Positions 55,197 to 62,470 of a stretch of DNA of 64,000 nt are shown here, piece by piece; position 1 is the first letter of the stretch, and the number at the start of each line of letters is the position of its first letter. Origin of the DNA: Candidatus Wolfebacteria bacterium RIFCSPLOWO2_01_FULL_45_19 (GTDB lineage: Bacteria > Patescibacteriota > Minisyncoccia > UBA6257 > GWB1-45-9); contig MGIR01000001.1 in assembly GCA_001793855.1 (NCBI GenBank), positions 93,891 through 157,890 on the forward strand, written 5' to 3'. The notes beneath the pieces were generated by a model that worked only from the letters and a program-made list of their open reading frames with translations, did not search any database and was not told where the DNA came from. The position numbers and the translations under genes are program-made.

Positions 55197-55498
55197 TTGG
55201 CTCGCATTGAATACTCTTTCTTTTTAAATTTCAGCAATAAAATCTTTTCTGCCACAGATGATCTATCCGGAGTAGAAATTATTAAGGCAACCCTCAATGA
55301 CGCGTCCATTAATCAAAATGATGTAATAGTAATAGACACAGCAGGGGAATACATTTTACGCATAGAATCCAAAGATAAAGCAGGCAATCCAGCTGTTTTC
55401 GAATCGGAATTCAGCATAATATTATGATTTCGTAAGCATCCTTCCGCCTATCAAGTTAAATGGTTCGGGTATATATAAACGTGGCCGCACTCTTCCTC
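55197..55498 (+). pseudogene. paralogous fragment 3 (frameshifted) of the Ig-like plus C-terminal module
   Basis: The fragment encodes DDLSGVEIIKATLNDASINQ...ESKDKAGNPAVFESEF. After a frameshift near 55425 it encodes YYDFVSILPPIKLNGSGIYKRGRTLP. It abuts the prfB 3' end copy. Confidence 0.6.
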
Positions 55499-55618
55499 GC
55501 TCTTATGTTCTAAACCCGTATAAAATGATAAAAGACCACCGAACCGGCGCGGAAACGGCGCAAGTTGACGAAACGCTGAACGGCGATATTGATATGTTCA
55601 TAGAAGCCGAGTTACAAT
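55497..55618 (+). repeat. direct repeat, right copy: 122-bp duplicate of prfB 3' end (about 88% identical)
   Basis: This copy encodes [41 protein letters not shown]. The prfB 3' end encodes [42 protein letters not shown]. Confidence 0.8.
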
Positions 55619-55690
55619 ATAGTAAGTAGAACTTAGCGAGTAGCAAGTAGAAATCCTACTGCCTACTGTCTAAGTTCTAAATTCTAAACA

Positions 55691-56371
55691 ATGATTGCTT
55701 TTCAAAACGTAACAAAAGCCTACAACGGCACCGCGGCGCTTGAAGACGTTACCTTCAAAATTATGCCGCAGGAATTCGTGTCCGTCGTGGGACGTTCCGG
55801 CGCAGGAAAATCAACAATAATCAAACTTCTCATAGGCGAAGAAAGGCCGAACAAAGGCCGCGTGATTTTTGGCTCTTACGAAGTCAATCGCTTGAATCAT
55901 AAAGAACTGCCGTATCTCCGCCGCCATATCGGCGTAGTGTTTCAGGACTTCCGCCTTCTACCGATGAAAAATGTTTACGAAAACACGGCTTTCGCGCTTG
56001 AAGTCGCGGGCCGACAGCAGATAGAAATAGAAGAATTGGTTCCGGAGATTTTGGATATGGTCGGCTTGCGCGACAAAGCGAAAAATTTCCCGCACGAGCT
56101 TTCCGGCGGCGAGAAACAGCGCGTTGCCATCGCGCGCGCGATGATAAATCGCCCAGAAGTTATCGTAGCGGACGAACCAACCGGCAACCTTGACCCGATT
56201 AATACTTGGGAAATAATAAAGCTTCTGCACAAAATAAACGAGCTCGGAACCACCATAGTTCTCGCGACGCATGCCAAAGACATAGTCAATCATATCGGAA
56301 AACGGGTTATTACTCTTGAAAACGGCCGCGTGATTCGCGACGAAGAAAAAGGAAAGTATCTGCTTGTATGA
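55691..56371 (+). CDS. ftsE: cell division ATP-binding protein FtsE
   Basis: The ABC Walker A motif (GRSGAGKST), the LSGGEKQR signature and Walker B (VIVADEPTGNLD) are present. Confidence 0.9.
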   Translation: MIAFQNVTKAYNGTAALEDVTFKIMPQEFVSVVGRSGAGKSTIIKLLIGEERPNKGRVIFGSYEVNRLNHKELPYLRRHIGVVFQDFRLLPMKNVYENTAFALEVAGRQQIEIEELVPEILDMVGLRDKAKNFPHELSGGEKQRVAIARAMINRPEVIVADEPTGNLDPINTWEIIKLLHKINELGTTIVLATHAKDIVNHIGKRVITLENGRVIRDEEKGKYLLV

Positions 56372-56378
56372 TTTATGC

Positions 56379-56399
56379 TTTAAGATTTAAGATTTAAGA
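56379..56399. repeat. 3 x 7-nt tandem repeat (C/A)TTTAAG between ftsE and ftsX
   Basis: ctttaag atttaag atttaag. Confidence 0.6.
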
Positions 56400-56401
56400 A
56401 G

Positions 56402-57310
56402 ATGGTAACTTCTCTATATCGCATAGTAAAAAGGGGATTGATAAACTTCTGGCGAAACGGATGGCTCTCCGCCGCGACTATCGCGGTTATGATTTTGGCG
56501 CTTCTGGTTTTTGAAGGCCTTATTATCTTCAAAGTAATGACGGAGGCCGCCCTCGGCGCGATACAGGAAAAAATAGACATAAGCGTTTACTTTAAAACCA
56601 CTGCTCCGGAAGATGAAATATTACGAGTCAAAACCTCTCTGGAGAGCTTGGTTGAGGTCAGAAAAGTTGAATACGTTTCACGGGATAAAGCGCTTGAGCT
56701 GTTCAGCGAGCGCCACAAAGACGACCCGACCATAAGCGAAGCCATTGGAGAACTTGAAGAAAATCCTTTATCCGCGTCTTTGAACGTGAAGGCCTATGAC
56801 CCGAAACAATACGCCATTATAGCGTCATATCTTAATAATGAGTCGCTGACGGTCATCGTGGATAAAGTGACGTATTTTCAAAATCAAATTGTCATAGACC
56901 GTCTCACGGCTATGATAGACGCCGCCGAACGCGGAGGATTCTTCTTGACCGTATTCTTGTCGATTATAGCCGGACTCGTCGTTTTTAATACGGTGCGCCT
57001 TGCCATTTACACCAACCGCGAAGAAATAAACATAATGCGTCTTGTCGGCGCTTCAAATAAATTCATCCGCGGCCCGTATGTCGTGGAGGGCATACTGTAT
57101 GGCCTCATAGCCGCGTTCTTTGCCGTTACGATATCTTTCCCGCTTGTTTACGCGGCATCTCCATACGTGGAAGTATTGATTCCGGGGATGAACCTTTACG
57201 GCTACTTTTTATCAAATCTTCCGTCACTTCTGGTCTATTTGATAATTTTCGGCATACTTTTAGCCGTCATATCCAGCGCGATTTCAATACGTAAATATTT
57301 AAGAGCGTAA
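56402..57310 (+). CDS. ftsX: cell division permease FtsX
   Basis: Four transmembrane segments surround a large extracellular loop. The gene follows ftsE. Confidence 0.85.
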   Translation: MVTSLYRIVKRGLINFWRNGWLSAATIAVMILALLVFEGLIIFKVMTEAALGAIQEKIDISVYFKTTAPEDEILRVKTSLESLVEVRKVEYVSRDKALELFSERHKDDPTISEAIGELEENPLSASLNVKAYDPKQYAIIASYLNNESLTVIVDKVTYFQNQIVIDRLTAMIDAAERGGFFLTVFLSIIAGLVVFNTVRLAIYTNREEINIMRLVGASNKFIRGPYVVEGILYGLIAAFFAVTISFPLVYAASPYVEVLIPGMNLYGYFLSNLPSLLVYLIIFGILLAVISSAISIRKYLRA

Positions 57311-58042
57311 ATGAATAAACCATTCTTGTCCGTCATTGTTCCGGCATACAATGAGGCGAGTCGTCTGCCTTTAACGCTTATTGACATTGACCGTCATCTT
57401 TCGCGCGGAGCGTATTCTTATGAAATTATCGTCGTAAATGACGGCTCAAACGATTACACGGCGGACATAGTAAAAAGATTTATGCCGCTGATTAAAAATC
57501 TTCGTTTGATTGACAACCAAATTAATCGCGGCAAGGGCGCCGCGGTGAAGCAGGGGATGCTTGAAGCAAGGGGCAATATCCGTTTGTTTACGGACGCGGA
57601 TAATTCAACGTCCGTTGACCAGTTCGATAAAATGCTCCCACACTTCAAGGAAGGATACGACATAGTAATCGGCTCGCGCTCCGTAAGAGGAGCTATTTTA
57701 GACCCGCCACAATCAATATACAGGCGAATTCTTGAAAAAAAGGTAAATCTTTCCATACAATTGCTTCTTCTTCGCGAAATAAAAGACCCGAGATGCGGAT
57801 TTAAGGCGTTCAGCGAAGAAGCGACGAATGTAATCTTCAGCCGCGCGCGCTTAGAGCGTTGGGGCTTTGACATGGAAGCGCTTACACTCGCGAAATCGCT
57901 CGGCTTTAAAATAAAAGAAGTTCCGGTTCGCTGGGTTAATGACCCGTTTTCGCACGTTCACATCGCTGATTTCTTGCAAATCTTGTGGGAAACGGTTAAA
58001 ATTCGTTGGTGGATTTCACGGCGCAAATACAATGATGGTTAA
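57311..58042 (+). CDS. GT2 family glycosyltransferase (polyprenyl-phosphate glycosyltransferase-like)
   Basis: The GT-A fold is indicated by VIVPAYNE and the DxD region (FTDADNS). Confidence 0.8.
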   Translation: MNKPFLSVIVPAYNEASRLPLTLIDIDRHLSRGAYSYEIIVVNDGSNDYTADIVKRFMPLIKNLRLIDNQINRGKGAAVKQGMLEARGNIRLFTDADNSTSVDQFDKMLPHFKEGYDIVIGSRSVRGAILDPPQSIYRRILEKKVNLSIQLLLLREIKDPRCGFKAFSEEATNVIFSRARLERWGFDMEALTLAKSLGFKIKEVPVRWVNDPFSHVHIADFLQILWETVKIRWWISRRKYNDG

Positions 58043-58493
58043 ACAATATTTCACTTCCGAACGTTTAGAGGAATTAAAAAAGGAACTGCACGAGCTCAAA
58101 ACCAAGCGGCGCAAGGAAGTAGCCGACCGTCTTAAACGCGCTAAAGAATACGGTGACCTTTCCGAGAATTCGGAATACAGCGAAGCCAAAGACGAACAAT
58201 CCCAGCTTGAAAGCCGTATTTTTGAATTGGAGGAAACGATTAAAAACGCCCAGCTTATTCAAATGACCAGCGGCCGCGCCGTAGTGCAAATCGGTTCAAC
58301 CGTAATAGTTCAAAAAGATGATAAGTCCTCGCGATATACCATAGTCGGTTCTAACGAAGCCAAGCCGGAAGATGGCAAAATTTCAAACGAATCGCCGCTC
58401 GGTAAAGCATTTCTCGGTAAAAAACCGGGAGAAACCGCAATTGTCACCGCTCCTTCCGGTAAAATAGAATATAAAATAATCGCGATAGAATAA
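58032..58493 (+). CDS. greA: transcription elongation factor GreA
   Basis: The N-terminal coiled coil carries the acidic tip (DLSENSEYSEAKDEQ). An FKBP-like C-terminal domain follows. The start was set at the internal MMVKQ. Confidence 0.85.
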   Translation: MMVKQYFTSERLEELKKELHELKTKRRKEVADRLKRAKEYGDLSENSEYSEAKDEQSQLESRIFELEETIKNAQLIQMTSGRAVVQIGSTVIVQKDDKSSRYTIVGSNEAKPEDGKISNESPLGKAFLGKKPGETAIVTAPSGKIEYKIIAIE

Positions 58494-59851
58494 TGCTTGA
58501 CGATATACTCCGCGAGCGCAGTAAAAAACTTGAGAATATATCTGCGTCCGGCCAGAATCCCTATCCGGCGCGGGTAAAGCGAACTCACGGCATTGCCGAG
58601 TGTTTAAGCCATTTTTGGCTACTTTCTTTATTCAGGCGGCCGGTCGCGATTGCGGGCCGCGTAACGGCTTTGCGAAAGCAAGGCGGTTTGATTTTTGCGG
58701 ATGTCCGAGACCGGGGTGGCTCCATTCAGGTCTTGCTAAAAAAAGACGAACTCAATAATTTTTCTTTTTTTGAAGATAATCTGGACATCGGCGATTTTCT
58801 AGAAGCCGGTGGCATTCTCATAAAAACCCGGCGCGGAGAAAAAAGCGTTAAGGCGAGAGAAGCGCGAATAATCGTGAAAAGCTTACAACCCCTCCCGTCT
58901 TCCTGGTATGGCATAAAAGACGTTGAAGAACGTTTCCGCAAACGCTATTTGGACATGCTTCTCAATAAAGAAGTTGATGAAAAACTACGCGAGCGTTCGG
59001 AAATAATAAAGGCGCTAAGAGATTTTTTGGCAGGCGAGGGCTTTATGGAAGTTGAAACGCCGGTATTTCAGCCCATACCCGGCGGAGCCAAGGCGCGGCC
59101 ATTCGTAACGCATCACAACGCGCTTGACGAAGATTTCTACCTGCGCATCGCGCCCGAATTATATTTGAAGCGCCTGCTTGTTGCTGGCTGGGAAAAAATA
59201 TACGAACTCGGCAAAGTGTTCCGTAATGAAGGCATAGACCGCGACCACAATCCGGAATTTACAATGCTGGAATTATACTGGGCGTATCAGGACTACAACG
59301 GCTTGATGGATTTTACCGAGAAGATGTTAAAAAGCTTTAAGCTTGAAGCTTTAAGCTTTGAGGATAAATTGCCGCGTATTACATACGCCGAAGCTTTTAA
59401 AAAATACGCGAAGAAAGATTCAAGCAAGCTAAACAATGACGAACTGGACGAAGTGTTTAAAAAAGAAGTTCGACCGAAAATAAAAGAACCGACTTTTGTC
59501 ATTGATCATCCAAAAGTAATTTCTCCGCTTGCTAAATCAAAAGAAGATAACCATGAATTAGCCGAGCGTTTTCAGCTCATAGTGAACGGGATGGAGATAG
59601 TGAATGGTTTTTCGGAACTTAACGACCCGATTGACCAGAGAAAAAGAATGGAAGAACAGGAAAAGCGTTTCCGCGCCGGAGACGAAGAAGAGTCGCGCTT
59701 TGACGCTGAGTTTATTGAAGCGCTTGGGTATGGAATGCCTCCCGCCGCCGGCTTGGGCATCGGCATAGACCGTCTTGTAGCCATCGCCACCGGCACGCAC
59801 GCCATCAAAGAAATCATTATCTTCCCGACATTGCACGCTAAAAAAAAATAA
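58493..59851 (+). CDS. lysS: lysine--tRNA ligase (class II)
   Basis: The OB anticodon-binding domain and class II motifs are present (FRNEGIDRDHNPEFTMLE, GLGIGIDRLV). Confidence 0.9.
   Translation: MLDDILRERSKKLENISASGQNPYPARVKRTHGIAECLSHFWLLSLFRRPVAIAGRVTALRKQGGLIFADVRDRGGSIQVLLKKDELNNFSFFEDNLDIGDFLEAGGILIKTRRGEKSVKAREARIIVKSLQPLPSSWYGIKDVEERFRKRYLDMLLNKEVDEKLRERSEIIKALRDFLAGEGFMEVETPVFQPIPGGAKARPFVTHHNALDEDFYLRIAPELYLKRLLVAGWEKIYELGKVFRNEGIDRDHNPEFTMLELYWAYQDYNGLMDFTEKMLKSFKLEALSFEDKLPRITYAEAFKKYAKKDSSKLNNDELDEVFKKEVRPKIKEPTFVIDHPKVISPLAKSKEDNHELAERFQLIVNGMEIVNGFSELNDPIDQRKRMEEQEKRFRAGDEEESRFDAEFIEALGYGMPPAAGLGIGIDRLVAIATGTHAIKEIIIFPTLHAKKK
59334..59361. repeat. 4 x 7-nt tandem repeat GCTTTAA/GCTTGAA inside lysS
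   Basis: gctttaa gcttgaa gctttaa gctttga. A related array, agctttaag x2, lies at 34525-34556. Confidence 0.6.
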
Positions 59852-59865
59852 AGTAAAATAAGAAT

Positions 59866-60240
59866 ATGAAAAGAGTAATGGTTTTCGGCGTTTTTGACGG
59901 AATTCACGATGGGCATCGCGATTTTTTTAAACAAGCGAGGGAATTAGGCGATGAACTTATTGCCGTTGTGGCTCACGACCACATAGCGAAACACTTGAAA
60001 GGGCGTCTACCGCAACGCGACCTTGCCGAACGTTTTGAACATCTAAAACAAGAGGATGGCGTTAACAATGTGGTAGAAGGGGACAGAGAACTTTCAAGCT
60101 GGAAAGTCATAGAAAAATACAAGCCGGACATCATTGCGCTCGGTTACGACCAAGCAATCTTGAAAAAAGACCTTGAGGGAAGCTTGAAGAAGTTAAACGT
60201 CCATCCGGAAATCAAAGTCCTGAAGTCCTACGAAATATGA
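59866..60240 (+). CDS. cytidylyltransferase-like nucleotidyltransferase (HxGH family)
   Basis: The motif GVFDGIHDGHR is a HIGH-type motif. Confidence 0.6.
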   Translation: MKRVMVFGVFDGIHDGHRDFFKQARELGDELIAVVAHDHIAKHLKGRLPQRDLAERFEHLKQEDGVNNVVEGDRELSSWKVIEKYKPDIIALGYDQAILKKDLEGSLKKLNVHPEIKVLKSYEI

Positions 60241-60428
60241 AGCACAATACCTATTTAACAACCGTTTCGGTTGTGTTCACGATAGTCGCTTCGGGCCATC
60301 TTTTGCGGGTCATTTTTGACTGGTCCGCGCGCATCGGAACCTGGGATGTTCCGATGTGGATGAGCTGGCCGGCAATTATAGTCGCCGGTATTCTTGCCTA
60401 CCACGGCTTTCGCTTGAACAAAAAATGA
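60237..60428 (+). CDS. small membrane protein (63 aa)
   Basis: Two transmembrane segments are present. The start overlaps the upstream stop. Confidence 0.35.
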   Translation: MKHNTYLTTVSVVFTIVASGHLLRVIFDWSARIGTWDVPMWMSWPAIIVAGILAYHGFRLNKK

Positions 60429-60619
60429 AAACAAATAGAAGGTTGGTGTTAGCGGAAGTTGTTTTACTTCTGGCTTCCGTATTTATATTCAGGAGCGTAT
60501 GGCTTTTGCTTGATACATTGTCGGTCATGCACGATGCTCAAATGCTCTGGTTTTCTTTAACCATCGGCGTAGCGATAACCATTCCATCCTTGCGCTACAT
60601 AATCAGACACAGTAAATAA
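60425..60619 (+). CDS. small membrane protein (64 aa)
   Basis: Two transmembrane segments are present. ATGA overlaps the upstream ORF. The track's 60356 start was trimmed to MKTNRR. Confidence 0.35.
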   Translation: MKTNRRLVLAEVVLLLASVFIFRSVWLLLDTLSVMHDAQMLWFSLTIGVAITIPSLRYIIRHSK

Positions 60620-61189
60620 CTAGGCCTTCTCTACTCGTTCCACATATTCGCCGGTTTCGGTGTTTACTTTGACAACGTCTCCTTCGTTTATGAACAGGGG
60701 AACGTTTACTTTCGCGCCGGTTTCCAAAGTAACCGTTTTTGTGCCGCCCTGCGCGGTGTCGCCGCGCAAAGCCGGTGGCGCCTCCGTAACTTTCAAATCC
60801 ATTTTTATTGGCAGACGTATGTTTATTACATTGCCGTTAAAAAGCAGAGTGGTCATAGAAGTATTTGCTTTAAGAAATTGAGCCGCGTCTCCGAGCGTTT
60901 CAGCCGATAATTTGAAACGACTTTTAGGATTCTCGGCTTCATGAAACCAATATTCCCCCCTGCTATTATAAATAAAAACAGATTCTTTCTTTTCAATATC
61001 CGCTTCTTCAATTTCGTCGCTCGGCTGAAAATTGCGGTCCACCACTTTGCCGTTAATCAAATTTTTGAGCTTGGTCTGCACAACGGCTTTTCTCTGCTGC
61101 ATGCGCAAAAAACTCATCTCCAAGACCTCGTACGGCTGACCTTCAAAGACAATAAATAAGCCCTTTTTTAATTCGGTATACGAAAGCAT
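60620..61189 (-). CDS. efp: elongation factor P
   Basis: A KOW domain is followed by two OB domains. The protein is 189 aa. Confidence 0.9.
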   Translation of the reverse strand: MLSYTELKKGLFIVFEGQPYEVLEMSFLRMQQRKAVVQTKLKNLINGKVVDRNFQPSDEIEEADIEKKESVFIYNSRGEYWFHEAENPKSRFKLSAETLGDAAQFLKANTSMTTLLFNGNVINIRLPIKMDLKVTEAPPALRGDTAQGGTKTVTLETGAKVNVPLFINEGDVVKVNTETGEYVERVEKA

Positions 61190-62440
61190 CTAAATTATTT
61201 TATTCTTTATCTCACGTAACAGTTTTTCCGTCAATTGCTCTAAAGAAATTTCACCCTCTTGCTTGCCCTCCGAAGCTTTAGCGAAGGAGGGCTTTCTGCG
61301 GTAATGCCGCGCATTTACGGTTTTATTCGTGAGTTCTTTGTCGCCGACAACCAAAATATAAGGAATTTTCCGCATTTCGCCTTCGCGTATTTTCTTGCCG
61401 ACGGTTTCGTTTTGTAAAGCCGCTTTTGCGCGTATGCCTTTGTTCTTAAGTTCTTTTGTTATCTCGGCCGCATATATTTCATGCGCTCCGCCAACGGGTA
61501 TAATTAGCGCCTGAACAGGGGACAGCCAAAGCGGCAGAGCGCCGTCAAAATGTTCAAGAATTATTCCTATAAAACGCTCGAATGTTCCGAGAATGGCGCG
61601 GTGTATGACAACGGGCTTTTCTTTTTCTCCTTTTTCGTTTGTGTATGAAAGGTTAAAATTTTCAGCAAGCTGAAAATCCAGCTGAATGGTTGCTATGGTC
61701 CATTCGCGGTCCAGCGAATCCTTCGTGTTAAGGTCTATTTTTGGTCCGTAAAAAGCGCCATCTTTTGGCTTAATTTGATACGGCATGCCGAATTTTTTCA
61801 AAACGTTTTCAAGCGCCGCCTCCGCTCTTTTCCAAAGTTTGGGATCGCCCATTGCTTTATCCGGCCTGGTGGCGAGATTGAAATTAAGCGGCAAATCAAA
61901 ATGCTTGTAAACGCTTTTTACAAGCTCAAGCAATTTGTTTATTTCTTCTTCCATCTGTTCAGGCCGACAATAGATATGCGCGTCATCCTGAGACATCTGC
62001 CGCACGCGAAAAAGCCCGCCCACAACGCCAGACAATTCATTGCGATGCAATCTGTCGGTAATTTCCGAAAGGCGCAGGGGCAAATCGCGATAAGAACGCG
62101 GCTTAAAATTGTAAATGTAAGTACTCTCCGGACAGTTCATCGGCTTTAAAACGTAAATCTGTTTTTTTTCTCCGGGAATCGTGAAATAAAACATATTTTC
62201 TTTGTAGTGCTGAAAATGCCCGGATTTTTCAAATACTTCTTTTTTAACCATCACCGGCGTTGATACTTCTTCGTATCCGTCGCTGTCAAGTTTCTCGCGC
62301 ATATATTTTTCAAGTTCGCGCCAAATTATCATTCCGTTGCCGTGCCAAAACACCGCCCCGGGCGCTATATCTTCAAAATGAAACAAGTCAAAACTTTCAC
62401 CGAATTTACGATGGTCTCGTTTTTTTATTTCATCGTCCAT
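61190..62440 (-). CDS. thrS: threonine--tRNA ligase, catalytic + anticodon-binding domains only (no N-terminal TGS/editing domains)
   Basis: The protein starts at RDHRKFGESFDLFHF, which is the start of the class II catalytic core. It is 416 aa against about 640 for typical ThrRS. The upstream neighbour, 30 bp away, is dnaE. Confidence 0.8.
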   Translation of the reverse strand: MDDEIKKRDHRKFGESFDLFHFEDIAPGAVFWHGNGMIIWRELEKYMREKLDSDGYEEVSTPVMVKKEVFEKSGHFQHYKENMFYFTIPGEKKQIYVLKPMNCPESTYIYNFKPRSYRDLPLRLSEITDRLHRNELSGVVGGLFRVRQMSQDDAHIYCRPEQMEEEINKLLELVKSVYKHFDLPLNFNLATRPDKAMGDPKLWKRAEAALENVLKKFGMPYQIKPKDGAFYGPKIDLNTKDSLDREWTIATIQLDFQLAENFNLSYTNEKGEKEKPVVIHRAILGTFERFIGIILEHFDGALPLWLSPVQALIIPVGGAHEIYAAEITKELKNKGIRAKAALQNETVGKKIREGEMRKIPYILVVGDKELTNKTVNARHYRRKPSFAKASEGKQEGEISLEQLTEKLLREIKNKII

Positions 62441-62470
62441 AAAGTTTATTATGCCGAAAATTTCTTTAAT

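Noticed and set aside
49569-55690. Looked for an integrase, transposase or recombinase that would make the prfB-flanked block a self-mobile element
   Set aside because: None is present in the block or elsewhere in the window. The island call therefore rests only on the direct repeats and on synteny reasoning.
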